Both the position numbers and the translations under genes were made by a program. Positions 1 through 13,169 of a DNA stretch of 64,000 nt are shown piece by piece; the stretch's first letter is position 1; every line of letters begins with the position of its first letter. A model generated the notes under the pieces. The model saw nothing but the letters and a program-made list of their open reading frames with translations, made no database searches and had not been told where the DNA came from. This DNA comes from Octopus sinensis. Its lineage: Eukaryota. The DNA lies in assembly GCF_006345805.1 (NCBI RefSeq), contig NC_043020.1, forward strand, positions 18,662,001-18,726,000. Reading direction: 5' to 3'.

Positions 1-331
1 CGCTCCAGATTGCGTTGCACCGAACTTCTTCGCGTTTTTCTTCTCGCTAATTTTTCTTAATATGTCATTGCCCATTATCCTTGCATTTAAAATATATTTC
101 ACGAATAAACAGAGCTTGAAAGGTTGCTCAGAGATACACGGCCTATTTTACAAATGTGCCAGTTTAAAGTGTCTTAAAATTATGAGACTATTAGTAGCTC
201 TTTCGGTATTAAATTGATATTTATCTCTCCCAAGATGGCGTACATTTCGTTGATTCTACCTATATTGGGTCTCTTCTCTCTCTGTATATATATATGTATG
301 TGTGTGTGTGTCTCTCTCTTTCTCTTTCTCT

Positions 332-390
<59 letters not shown>

Positions 391-425
391 GTATGTATAT
401 GTGTGTATGTATATATATGTGTATA

Positions 426-459
<34 letters not shown>

Positions 460-471
<12 letters not shown>

Positions 472-632
472 TTAGAGACAAAACCACTATTTTGCAAAAC
501 AAACAAGGAAAGACTTAATCAATACATAAAATTTTAATAATTTTTGACTTTTTATTAAAATTTTATGTATTGATTAAGTCTTTCCTTGTTTGTTTTGCAA
601 AATAGTGGTTTTGTCTCTAATAATATTATATA
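460..632. repeat. Perfect long hairpin (81-bp arms, 11-nt loop)
   Basis: 460-540 is the exact reverse complement of 552-632; loop TTTTTGACTTT. Confidence 0.95.
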
Positions 633-1154
633 ATATTTTACTATAAAATTGGATTTAATCCTAAATCTGATTTTTTCCCTGTAAATTTGGATTTATTCCC
701 TAATATTTATTATATATATTATATATATATATATAATATATATATATCTTTGTGTACATGTCTGTATTCATATATGTATATGCATGTACATGCGAGCACA
801 TCCAAAAATAATTAAGAGTACAGAAAATATAGATGAAATTCAACAATCGTGACCTTATTAGATTTATTTAGGTTTACATAAAAATAAGACTGTCAGATTT
901 TTCTACCAAACTAAAATTATTGAGCAATAATAATTGAATCATTTGATAGATTATAATATAGGAATCTGAATCTCCGTGTATGACGAGATAATTTTTTATT
1001 GAAAAAGGAGATTGCTATATATAATAAATGAACTAAGTTAAACACTATACGTCGTGTATTAATCAAATATCTGATGCTGATAGGAACTTTAGTAGTTGAA
1101 TGCAATGCAATTAACTATGGAACACTTATGAAAATTGGAAAATGAATGCTATAT

Positions 1155-1168
1155 ATACATTTACATAC

Positions 1169-1238
<70 letters not shown>

Positions 1239-1303
1239 CTGTATGTATGTATATATATATATGTATGTCTGTATATATATATGTATGTCTGTCTGTCTGT
1301 ATG

Positions 1304-1334
<31 letters not shown>

Positions 1335-1397
1335 CTGTATATATATATATATGTATATATATATATGTATACATATAAATTATAAATATATATATTA

Positions 1398-1440
<43 letters not shown>

Positions 1441-1473
1441 ATATATATATGTATGTTGTATATATATATATAT

Positions 1474-1508
<35 letters not shown>

Positions 1509-1528
1509 GTATGTATGTATATATATAT

Positions 1529-1586
<58 letters not shown>
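1155..1586. repeat. Compound (TA)n/(TATG)n microsatellite
   Basis: Direct inspection; source of the YI/IY ORFs. Confidence 0.95.
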
Positions 1587-1590
<4 letters not shown>

Positions 1591-1667
1591 CTAAGCGGTA
1601 CATTACAGACAAAGCAGAAGTGTTTTTAAGACAAGTCAGCCATGTGATTATGTGAGTAAGTTATTAG

Positions 1668-1860
1668 CCGCCGAGCTGGCAACATCGTTAGCGCGTCGAA
1701 CAAAATGCTTAGCAGTATTTTTTCTGGCTATTTACTTTCTGAGTTCAAATATCATCGAGGTTGACTGCGCCTTTCTTGTTTTCGGAATTCGATAAAAATA
1801 AATACCAGCTGAGTGAGCTATGGGGACGCTACATCTTCTACAAAATTTCAGCTCTTGAGC
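1668..1860 (+). mobile_element. tRNA-derived SINE family A, degenerate copy
   Basis: CGAGCTGGCAACATCGTTAG...GAGTTCAAAT matches the head of the 10667 and 53975 copies. Confidence 0.75.
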
Positions 1861-1870
1861 CCATAATAGA

Positions 1871-2345
1871 AATTATTATTATTATTATTGTTATTATTAT
1901 TATTATTATTATTAATAATATTATTATTATTATTCCTTCGTAACACCGGAGTCTTTAGTCATTTGTCAAGTCACAACAAGGACCTCAGACAGACAATACT
2001 TTCCTTAAAATGTGCGCTGCGCCCAATAAAGCTGCTTTTTGCAAGACATCATTGTTGCATGGGATTTCCAGTTGCCTTATGAAGTCTTGAAGTTTCAATG
2101 GGATTGAGCCCAACGCCACGATCACCATTGGTATCACTTTTACAATACCCTCTCGCATTCCATATAGTCTTGCCATTTTCACTTTCAATTCGGAGTACTT
2201 GTTGATTTTTATTTCGACCTCTTGTCTCACAAAATGCATGTCATTTGGTATGGCTACATCAATGATTTGACGGTATTCGTCTATCTTATTTAATATGACA
2301 ATATCCGACCTGTTGCTTTTACAGATATACAATCATTACAGCAAC
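1871..2345 (-). mobile_element. 5'-truncated R4/Dong-like non-LTR retrotransposon (RLE domain, 3'UTR, (TAA)n tail)
   Basis: ORF 1985-2332 NRSDIVILNK..IIDVAIP..KINKYSEL..VIPMVIVALGSIP..LQKAALLGAAHILRKVL is the C-terminal restriction-like endonuclease signature; (AAT)n tail at 1871-1933. Confidence 0.88.
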
Positions 2346-3689
2346 TAAGGTGTACAGTCATTAAAATGTATTGTGATTAAGTTTTATAATCACTAATATG
2401 TACAGCCCTGGGGTCTGACTTTAAACTGCATTCGGTTATGGAGCCCTAATTCGGGAGTTCTAGGCTTTTGAGGAGTGTGGAACCAGCCCTTAGCCACTTC
2501 TGTTCCCAGGTCTATTCAAACTCGGAGTAGTAATCAGGATCCTAATCAGCATGTTGTGGAAGAAACTCTGAGCACAAACTCCTGACTGCGTTGTGAGTGC
2601 CTTGGGAAAGGAAAGTGCTAGGGCAACCAACTTCAAGAGCAATTAAAGGGATGGAGTCGCTCAGGAAGTCCGATGATTTATTTAACGCCCTTTTGACGAG
2701 ACTAGGGTAGGTGGAGCTCTCCAGCCCTGTAAGGCGATTGACCTAGGAGTAACCCGCTCCAATGTCAAACCTCCAGTTTCTGGGTTTTACACCGCAGCCG
2801 TCTTAGCCCCGTTGAGCCACTGTGGTCAAAACTGCACGATTGATTCTCCATTTAAAACAAAACACAAGCACGAAGCCCTGCACTGTAAAAGATCGGTCAT
2901 TTGAAAGCGTACCTTTCTTCTTCATTATCTTTCAACCCAAAGAAGCTAGAATCATCATAAGGTACAGTCGTTAAGATGTACAAATCATCAAAATGTATTC
3001 GTTAAAGTATGTATTCACTAAGGTGTACTTTCATTAGGGCGTACATTCAATAAATGTACACTTGCTCGGATGTGCTCAGCAATCGAAGCTGCTCTTCATC
3101 AAGTTTGATGAACAACAAAAGTAAGTTTAAACGTGTGTGTGTGCGCGCGTGCATGTGTGTTTAAGTGTGTTTAAGTGTGTGTATGTATGTGTGTGTGTGT
3201 GCGTGCGCGTACATGTGTGCGTATGTGTGTGTGTGTGTGCATACATAAGTATATATGTGTATATAATTATAAATACATGCATTCATTTGTAGATAGTTCG
3301 CTATTCGGGTCAACAAGAAATAAATTTAAAAGATCACTGAATCCAATGATATGATGATCCGAGAAAGTAAAATCGGATATAGCCCACATGAAGTAAATGA
3401 ACATATTCATAGTAAAAGATAATAATGAATATAAAATCAACAATAGAAAAGCTAAGATCTGTGTCTGGAGAAGTGGAAGGGAAAAAAATCAAGGACGGAA
3501 AATTAGCAGAAAAAGAAAATTGAAAAGAAAGAATAAACAAAGATGCAGAAGTAAAACGTAACACAATCCAAATCAAGTAATTGAAAAAAAAAAAAAAGCA
3601 AATGTCAAAAATTGGAGGAAAGGATATAAGAAATGCAAAAAAAAAAAGGGTTATAAATGTACCTCACTCCATTTAATCAAAGAATAAGC

Positions 3690-4880
3690 TAGTATAAAGG
3701 TGTTATTCACTAATGAAATATTAGAAGGTTTTTCTTTACCTATAGGAGCAACTCATTGTTAGATCACTTGTAGAATTTAATAAATTTAATAAACTTTCTA
3801 GGTAAGTATTGTACGGTGAAGCATCGCTTACAATGAGCTATTTTATATCGTAATTGATGATCTTGTCCTTTAGATCCAAAATACATTCTCTAAGGCTAGT
3901 AGAATTAATCTTGCTCCTAAATTTAAATAAAGAAAAATGGTTATATAACTTAGATTTAAAGACTGTGGCGGACGAAACTATGTAATAGTATGTAAGGTCC
4001 CCAGTATATTGATATATTAGATTCTTCTTTAAGCTCTGATTTTCTAGAGGGCATCTAAGGCGTTTCCTACAATTACAAAGGCGTTTACTATCGCCTGTGT
4101 AGGGATCATTAAAATCAAGCAGCAGGAATGCATAACGATACAAAGCTGAAATGAAATATATGCTAAGAAAAGGTCAGTTTACTATTTAAACTTAAGATGA
4201 ACTCAATGGACATTGAATAAATAAATTAGCAAACATGATATCTCAGTGCATAACGATAACAGGCTATTTAGGTGAACAAGAGACAAATTTAAATATCACT
4301 GAAACCAATAAAGTGGTAGAAACCAATATTTTGATGCAAAAGATTTCAGTTTTCCTTGGATTCACAGCCGTGTGGATTGTCTTGAAAACATGTTTGCATA
4401 AGTTTTGAATATATTTGATATCAGAATCGAAACAATATGGGCCGATTTCGATATTGTACCATTCAATTAATATATAATTTCTACAAAAATGCTAACGTAA
4501 TAGAAATACCAGTTAGCCTTTCTGTGATGTGATCTTGTATTGATGTTGTGTAATTTTTCGTGGTAGTTAATGTCTTTTAATATACTCCAGAATGTTTCAA
4601 AATTCTTCTAAGTGATTTACTTATCCCACTGGAAGTATCACAGCACATGTAAATCCTATTCGGATTTAATGGTCTCTGATTGTTCGACATAGCCGAGGTT
4701 GTATAGCCGCTAAGTGCTTACATGTTTATCTAAGAGGTATATTGATTGATTGAGAAAAATTGAACGATATAGAGAATTAATGCTACCCTCATCAGTCATG
4801 GTGTTCGATATCAGTGACTTTTCGTCACTGGGAAAAGGATATATATTTGCAAAGGGAGGCCTACTTTTCCTCGACAACCG
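3690..4880 (-). mobile_element. Decayed Penelope-like element: RT remnant plus GIY-YIG endonuclease
   Basis: ORF 3838-4143 CNCRKRLRCPLENQSLKKNLIYQY..YYIVSSATVFKSKLYNH..TSLRECILDLKDK fits PLE GIY-YIG; downstream LLNSTSDLTMSC resembles the PLE C-terminal LLNKRSELISKC motif; upstream RT similarity is weak. Confidence 0.8.
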
Positions 4881-5130
4881 CTGATTGTCACACGCTGATG
4901 ACGGGTCAATACCCAGAAAATCGAGTCCGTGTGTATCATATGTTGAAGACGGGAAAGATGGCTTCCCTTTGCAAATATTGATAGGGCACAGAAAGCGTGT
5001 CAATAGCCAGCTGGAGGAGATGTTTTCCTGGGACTACAAGCTACAGTAGCATCCACCCTTAAGGGTTAGTCACATTTAAGTGGCAAATATGCTTCACGAT
5101 GTCGTGCAGCTACTGTCTATACCTGACTCA
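4880..5130 (+). mobile_element. PLE pLTR-like segment, inverted relative to the adjacent PLE ORF
   Basis: Carries HHR-1; downstream sequence is homologous to the minus strand of 47660-47860. Confidence 0.6.
4889..4933 (+). ncRNA. Type I minimal hammerhead ribozyme motif (HHR-1)
   Basis: CACACG-CTGATGA-C GGGT caat ACCC A-GAAA-ATCGAG-TC-CGTGTG; 6-bp helix I, GUC site at 4925-4927. Confidence 0.8.
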
Positions 5131-5289
5131 GAGATTTATTATTGCTTATATATATATATATATATATATATATGCAGAGCGCGAGAGCATTGTATGGTAT
5201 ATGCATTAATTTAATAAAACGACTATAATCTAGCGAGCGTCAAATGTATTTTAATCAAAATTTGTGCACATCTCGATTACTATTATTCT

Positions 5290-5640
5290 ATGAATCCACC
5301 TTCGATGACTGCTTCAGTTCAGCACCGTAATATTTCAGAAACTTGCACTAAACAGTCCTTATTCATTTCAAGCATCATCCGGAAAATGGCAGCCTTCAGT
5401 GAAGTACGGTAGTGTGAGGATGATGTCGACGAGTCTTCTCTCCAACAAATGCTTCAAACTTAGTAACCCATCAGATTTAAATCTGGCCAATTTTGGTATT
5501 GCATGGTCGTAAAGGTTGTCTGGTATCCATTCTTAGGTTACCTGTGTTCTGAAATGTGGTGTTGAGCCTTGCTGAAACCGGTATTGGCTTCCGCTGCGCC
5601 TTAACATCTGTCTCCAGCACCCTTCATTTTATGCAGGAAA
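5290..5640 (-). mobile_element. Tc1/mariner (maT/DD37D-like) transposase 3' remnant
   Basis: Minus strand encodes YRFQQGSTPH..EWIPDNLYDH..HPHTTV.SLKAAIFRMMLEMNK..EAVIEGGFIE* with frameshifts. Confidence 0.7.
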
Positions 5641-5654
5641 ATTAATTATAATGC

Positions 5655-5784
<130 letters not shown>

Positions 5785-5892
5785 TAGATATAGTTAATCC
5801 AAACATGAACAAAGAGAAAACACCACAACGCGAGGACGTGGAAAACAAGTATAGTGTTATTGGATGCTCAGGAAAGGAAAGAAAGAAGGAGG

Positions 5893-5927
5893 ATTTAACG
5901 TTTCGAGCGGAGCTCTTCGTCAGAAAC
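5893..5927 (-). ncRNA. Minimal hammerhead ribozyme motif (HHR-2)
   Basis: GTTT-CTGACGA-A-GAGC tcc GCTC-GAAA-CG-TT-AAAT; ACGU palindromic helix III; helix I only 3-4 bp. Confidence 0.65.
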
Positions 5928-6018
5928 GTAGAAAAATGAAAGGTCCAAGGAAGGAACAAGGAGAAAGAAAATCGCCAACGACGCATACACACACACACAC
6001 ACACACACACTCACACAA

Positions 6019-6049
<31 letters not shown>

Positions 6050-6175
6050 CACACGCAGATATACATATATATATACACATACATATATGTATATGCATAT
6101 ATAGATACACACATAACAATATATATGCATGTGTGTGTATGTTTATGTGTATATATATGTTTGTGTGCATATGTG

Positions 6176-6206
<31 letters not shown>

Positions 6207-6744
6207 ATATATATATATATATACTTGTGCGTGTGTGTGTATGTGTGAGTGTATGTATCTGTGTGCATATATACATACATATATGTTTCTGTATTCTATT
6301 CATCATTTCCACACTCCTCTCTGCTTGTCGTGTCATGAACTTAATATACATTCCTGGCCAACCCTTCTCTGTGTAATTCTGTCTTTATTATAATTCCCAA
6401 CACTCCTTGTAGAAACCATAATTCTTAAAAATTCCATATTCTCTGCTGACCAATCCTTAGTGATCGCATTCCCCGCCTTCTTCCCCCAGCCATTCCCTTT
6501 CTCCCCCAGTTTTCTTTTATGTTTGCCTCTTTACCATTTTCTATGTCAATCTACGAATATCTTGCTTTGCATTCTCCTTACAACTTCTTGGCTCGAAACC
6601 CCTCATCTCCTCCTCCTCTCGATTGACCTACATCTGCCACACCTCACACACAGCTTATTTCATTCTCCGCGGTACAACTCCCAAACTACTCTCACCACCT
6701 CTCATTGTCTTACCTTTTATCATTTATCTCTTATATGTTTCAGT

Positions 6745-7620
6745 CACTGAACTGTGGCCATGCTGGGGCACTGCCCTGAAGAACTTTTAGTCGAATGAAT
6801 CAATCCCACCACTCAAGTTTTTTTTAAATCCTGGTACTAATTCTATCGGCCACTTTTCCGAACCGCTAAGTTACGAGACTGTGTGTGTGTGTATGTGTGC
6901 GCGCGCGCGCGCGCGTGTGTGTGTATGCATGGATGCATGTCTCTATGCATGTGTGCCTTTCTGTCTGTGTTTGTCCCCACCACCGCTTCACAACCGGTAT
7001 TGATGTGTTTGCGTCCTCCTAACTTAGCGGTTCGGCAAAAATGACCGATAAAATAATTACTAGGCTTTAAAAAAATAGTCTTGGGGTCGATTTGTTCGAC
7101 TAAAACGCTTCAAGGTGATGCCCTAGCATGGGCGCAATTAAATTACCGCAAAATATAGAAGATAAACGATTAAGGATATTTCGTATTTATCTCTCCGGTT
7201 TACACAGAACACTATTTTTGCATTTGTGGTTCCAAATCAAATAATTCTTCATTATTTCTTCTCTCTATTGCTAACGATGTATTATTTCACACACATATAA
7301 GTGCAGACGTGGCCGTGTGATAAGTCTTTTTCTCAACCACATGGTTCTGCGTGACACCTTAGCAAGTGACTTCTACTAGTGTAGCCAACCAAAGCCTTGT
7401 GATTAGATTTGGTAGACGGAAACTGAAAGAAGTCCCTCTTAAATGTGTGCGTTTGTGTGCTTATACCCCCCTTAACTGCGGTTTGATAAAAGACGATAGA
7501 ATGAGAACCAGGTTTAAGAAATAATAAGTTTTGGAGTAAATTCTTTCGATTAAAATTCTTGAAGGCGGTGCTGCAGCTCGGCCGTAGTCTAATGACTAAA
7601 ACAAGTGTAAGGTAAGATAG
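6745..7620. mobile_element. Cluster of SINE family B fragments (one minus, two plus)
   Basis: Motifs GGGGTCGATTTGTTCGACTAAAA, CCAGCATGG, GGTAGACGGAAACTGAAAGAAG shared with 17476 and 22911 copies. Confidence 0.8.
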
Positions 7621-7628
7621 AAAAGATA

Positions 7629-7820
7629 TACGAGTGGGTACTGAACAGCTCCTAACTTGCGTAAAAGAAAATATAGGAGGATCAATTAATTATGGTTTTA
7701 TTCAACATATTCCCTTCTCAGATTCACACTCTTATTGCAGCGTTCCTCCAAAAGATTCTGCCTCCAACCAGGTATTTCGCAACACCCAAAAAGTGAGGAA
7801 CTTTTCAAAACTACCTCGTA
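7629..7820. mobile_element. Mariner-derived MITE, degenerate
   Basis: Imperfect TIRs TACGAG..CTGAACAGCTCCT / AGGAACTTTTCA..CTCGTA with TA ends; internal sequence is the reverse complement homolog of 43374-43567. Confidence 0.75.
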
Positions 7821-7903
7821 TGTGTGTGTATATATATATAAATGTATGTATGTATGTATGTATGTATGTATGTATGTATGTATGTATGTATATGTATATA
7901 TGC

Positions 7904-7961
<58 letters not shown>

Positions 7962-8056
7962 TATTAATATATGTATGTATATGTATATATAAATGTACGT
8001 ATGTATGTATATGTATATATGCGTGTATATATATATATATATATATATATGAATAC

Positions 8057-8282
8057 GTTTGAAAATGGAGATATTCAATGGATATAAATTAATTTATCAA
8101 TTAATTAACATTGCCTTGCCTGCAATTGTTTCACTTCGCACCCAATTTAAATTCCGTAACATATATAATAGTATAAATTTGTATTCTGAGTACCCTGGGT
8201 GGAAGATCTTCAGTGCAAAATGGACATTACAGAGTTTACATTTTGATCAGTTGAAACACTCCAACAGATTAAGCAGATGAAA
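8057..8282. repeat. Left arm of ~225-bp inverted repeat (partner 10024-10244)
   Basis: Reverse complement of 10024-10244 with scattered substitutions and a 5-bp indel. Confidence 0.9.
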
Positions 8283-8319
8283 TCGTTTTTATTGTGTGTT
8301 TTTCTTTAAAAACAACACT

Positions 8320-8338
8320 ACTACTACTACTGCTGCTG

Positions 8339-8389
<51 letters not shown>

Positions 8390-8400
8390 AAATAATAATA

Positions 8401-8451
<51 letters not shown>

Positions 8452-8466
8452 TAATAATAATAATAA
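8320..8466. repeat. (ACT)n/(AAT)n microsatellite
   Basis: Direct inspection. Confidence 0.95.
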
Positions 8467-8468
8467 TG

Positions 8469-8665
8469 GTTTCAAATTTTGTCACAAGGGCAGTAATTTG
8501 GGGGAGGGGATGAGTCGATTACATTGACCCCAGTGTTGAAATGGTACTTATTTTATCGACCCCGAAAGGATGAACAGCAAAGTCGATCTCGGCGAAATTT
8601 GAACCCAGAATATAGCGACGGGCAAAATACGATTAAGCATTTCACCAGTTTGCTTACGATTCTGT
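8469..8665 (-). mobile_element. SINE family A
   Basis: Reverse complement of the family A body (TTTATCGACCCCGAAAGGATGAA..GTCGA..GAATTTGAAC). Confidence 0.8.
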
Positions 8666-10023
8666 TAGATCATAATGAAAATAAGGAAATGTTATATTAA
8701 TAATAAAAAATATATAAAATAAAATAAAAATGAAATAAAGTTCTTTTTTACAAAACATGGCTGTCCATGATCAATAAATAAATAAATAATAAATAACAAA
8801 ACTGGACATTAGAAATATAAGTATAATATATAATAGGCATAAAATATATAATATCTAAACACAAATTAATTAGCTCAGAAAGAATGACTATTTTAACTTG
8901 TATATTTTAGAAAATTTAATAAAATTAAACAAATAAAAATAAGCATTAATGATATAAGCATAATATAAGTATAACTTAATTTACAAACTAAGCATAGGAT
9001 AAAAGTAATATAAATAATATATACCATATATTGTATAATATAATACTTAAATATCAATTTAATAATATTGGGTATTCATCTATATTAATTAATCAGACAA
9101 TATAATATATCTTATCTTAGATGAAAATATTATAAATCTATCGATAACACTAATCTTGGTGACGTAATGCACTTAATATATCTACGTACTAGGCTTAAAT
9201 GCGTATAACGTAAGTCCGTATGCATAAATGTGTTCTCACACACACACACGTAAATGTATAATTTTATATAGACTAAACTATGAATCAATAATTAAATACA
9301 ATTATAATTACGTTATTAATTATCTTACTATTATAATAATTATGATTGACTTGTATTATTGACTTTTTCGTGAATTAGATACAAGCATACAAGGGAATAT
9401 ATATGTATATTGACAAACTCATTTGACTTCATAACACGTTACTGACATACATACACACTTACGCACGCATAAATCAACTTAGTAAACATCTATATATACA
9501 CTCAGTCGTAAACAATCATACATAAACTAAAATGGGCTATGAATATCCATATATAGTTATAGAAATATTCGATAACCTTTTTCTAATATACATACACACT
9601 TACCATTTAATAAAGCAACTTAAGGATCTATAAAAGCATACAGAAACACACATACATAAACGATGACATCCACACTTGTATTCAGTAACCTTATGCCGAC
9701 ACACATTCACTCATACGTACGCATAAATTAACTTAAATACGTATATACACATATATACGTATATATACGTATATACACGTATATACACATATAAACACAT
9801 GAACATACACGCACACATAAACCAAAATGGACCATCGACATCCATTTTCTTTTATTTATTCTTATTAATATATTTCATTATTTTCATTATTTATGATTAA
9901 TCTTTATTTCTATCCTTTATTTTTATTCTTATATACTTTAATTCATTATTATTGTATTTAAATAAAAAAATAAAAAATATTAGTACATGCCCCCCCCCCC
10001 ACACACACACACAATAAGCATGC

Positions 10024-10244
10024 TTTCATCTGATTAGTCTGTTGGAGTATTTCAACTGATCAAAATGTAAACTCTGTAATGTCCATTTTGCAATGAAGAT
10101 CTTCCATCAAGGATACTCAAAATACAAATTTATACTATTAAATATGTTTCGGAATTTAAATTGGGTTTGAAGTGAAACAACTGTAGGCAATGTTAATTAA
10201 TTGATAAATTAATTTATATCCATTGAAACTCTCCCTTTTCAAAC
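10024..10244. repeat. Right arm of ~225-bp inverted repeat
   Basis: See 8057-8282. Confidence 0.9.
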
Positions 10245-10384
10245 TTACTAATAATATTTATGTTTTATAATATATTCATTGAAGAAATATCTCTTCAAAA
10301 TATATTAAACCAGGGTATCTTGGATAAAACTACCCCTATAAGAGGGCTAAATAACCTCATAATGAACATATATATATATATATA

Positions 10385-10624
10385 TATAGACCTCACTAAA
10401 TTGACAAAGGGCTCTGATCAGTATCAGTATTGCTAGAAATAAGAGTCAAAACAGCTCAATAGTCACGGAAAGCTCTATCTTAATGACTGACAAGGGATGC
10501 ATCTCCCTACAGCACTTGTCAGTCCTTAAAATGGTCCATTCGCGGCTATTGCGCTGTTTTGACTCTTATTTCTAGCAATACTGATGCCGATCAGAGCCCT
10601 TTGTCGCTTTAGTGACGTCTATAT
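10385..10624. mobile_element. Foldback/MITE-like element, ~240 bp
   Basis: TATAGAC(C/G)TCACTAAA ends, arms of ~85 bp with few mismatches, plus an inner GACTGACAAG/CTTGTCAGTC hairpin. Confidence 0.8.
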
Positions 10625-10666
10625 TTCTGCCTTTAGATTGTAAAAGAGATTGTAAAAAGTGTATAT

Positions 10667-10898
10667 GACGGCGAGCTGGCAGACACGTTAGCACGCCGGG
10701 CGAAATGCTTAGCAGTATTTCGTCTGCCGTTACGTTCTGAGTTCAAATTCCGCCGAGGTCGACTTTGCCTTTCATCCTTTCGGGGTCGATAAATTAAGTA
10801 CCAGTTACGCACTGGGGTCGATATAATCGACTTAATCCGTCTGTCTGTCCTTGTTTGTCCTCTCTGTGTTTAGCCCCTTGTGGGCAGTAAAGAAATAA
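10667..10898 (+). mobile_element. tRNA-derived SINE family A, full length
   Basis: A-box-like TGGCAGACACGTTAG and B-box-like GAGTTCAAATTCC; near-identical to 53975-54205. Confidence 0.92.
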
Positions 10899-12368
10899 GC
10901 TTGTAAGATAACGAATTAGCTACCAATGTTATATATATACACAAACATACATTATCCTTGTTGTTTTGCTTATAATCGGACAGATTCTGCCGTCACAACT
11001 TCCTGTCTCTTCCTCACCTCTTTTTCCACACTCTTCGTTTCTTTCTCTCTCTATCCCCACTCTCTCTATCCCCCTCTCTCTGCCTACTTCACTCTCTGTC
11101 AACCACCTATAACTATATAAGTCTTACCTCTCTCTCTTTCACTTTTCTCACAACAATCTCTGCGCTCTCCTTGTACATTCCACTAAGGAGACAAAACGAG
11201 GAGACCCATCAACCAGGAAAGGACTCGCCTCTTTTTCCCTTCCATATAAATGATTCTCTCCTCATCTCCAAGGAAGAGCAAGTCTTCAAAACGTTTGACT
11301 TCTTTCTGATGACTTCAAATACATTCCACCTTTTGAAGTATTTTGTCATTATTTCTCGCCATAAAACATCACGTGTTTCCCTGCATTCTACAGTTTTACT
11401 ATCAAATGAATTTAATTCATCAAAGAAGACTGCTCAGTGAAAAGAGATTTTTGACTTATGAAGATAGAATGGCGTGAGATATTACGTTAAGTGCCAACTC
11501 GTTGAACGGCTTGCAAAAGGAAAAAAATCACAACTTGAAACAGTTGAATCCTATCTTCTATCGCAACAATCTACTTCTACAATTCATTTATTTTCAGTAA
11601 GATAAATTAGCTGCAGCTTATTTGGGATAGTTTTTTTTATAAATGTCTGCTCTGTTTTCCCGTTAGTTATAGCGGCAGTAGAGAGAGAAAGGATATACTT
11701 GTTAAAATATATAAATTTATGAATGATGTAAGACAATATTTAATAAAATAGAAAACATGATCAATTTTTTGGTAGTATAGCTAGAGCAAAGCTAAAGAAA
11801 TGCGACAGCGATAATGCAGCAAATCGATTCCAAGTCGACGCTAAGGAATCTTTTTCTTTTTTTTTTTTTCAACTACGTTGAACAATCTTCAAAAATGTTA
11901 CAACTAAAAACACTGTAAATTTAAATGTCTAACACCTTTGAAAATACATGAAAGCAAAACTTTAGATTCGTTTTTAAATTAGAGAAAGCTTTAATATCTG
12001 CTCTTTAGATGAAGAATTACTCTATGACGAAATCTGGCGGCTAAATAGGTTCTTTACAGATATAACTCTTGAGGAATCAGATAAGAAAAAAGAAAAAAAA
12101 TTCCAGTTAAGATGGGTTGAAATTTTCAAGAGTCATTCAGTGCAAGTAATTTATGAGAAATAATGAATGACCAATGTCTGGTGGAAAGAAGAATGGAAAA
12201 TGATGGAGACACTGTTATATCTATGCGTGTGTGTGTGTGTGTGTATTAAAAAATCTAATTCATACACATATGTTTGTATCTATTGATAATACATACATAT
12301 ACATATATACATACACTTACATACATGCATACATGCATACATACATATAAATATATACATACATTTAC

Positions 12369-12468
<100 letters not shown>

Positions 12469-12574
12469 TATACTACATCATATCATATTACATTATATTA
12501 TTATATTACATTACATGATATTAATATAATGTGTGTGCGTGTATATATATATAAATATATATATATATGAAGTC

Positions 12575-12780
12575 GGCGAGTTAGTAGAAACGTTAGCACG
12601 CCGGGGAAAATGCTTAGCAGCATTCCGTCCGTCTTTACGTTCTGTGTTCAAACCCAAGGTCGACTTCGCCTTTCATCCTTTCGGTGTCGATAAATTAAGT
12701 ACCAGTGAACTACTGGGGACGATGCAATCAACTAGTGCAGTCCCCCAAATTTCAGGCCTCGTACCTTCACTAGAAAGGAT
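12575..12780 (+). mobile_element. SINE family A
   Basis: Same head and body with an alternative 3' tail (CCCCAAATTTCAGGCCTCGTACC..GAAAGGATTA). Confidence 0.8.
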
Positions 12781-12850
12781 TATATGTAATACATACATAC
12801 ATGCATACACTTGCACACACAAATACACACACACACACACACACACACAT

Positions 12851-12954
<104 letters not shown>

Positions 12955-13169
12955 CTTAATATCATATACGCGAATATGTCCGTCTGTATGTGTGACCGAC
13001 TCAGGTTGTGATGTAAATCACTGCACGTCAAAATTTACGCCAAAGATAACTAAGAATTTGATAATGAAGAGATCGATAAAAGAAATACGAGATTGAAATA
13101 ACAGCGCTATGACTGAAAGCAGGAAATTTTTAAAGGATTTACATTATATAGGTGTGACTGTATGATATA

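Noticed and set aside
8175-8225. CTGAAGA...GAAT motif in the inverted-repeat arm
   Set aside because: There is no GAAA, no helix I and only weak helix II
10667-10760. tRNA genes at SINE heads (also 42220-42298 and 62540-62612)
   Set aside because: A/B-box-like heads run into SINE bodies and no complete cloverleaf was found
11300-11345. CTGATGA followed by a 7-bp stem
   Set aside because: No GAAA or helix III follows
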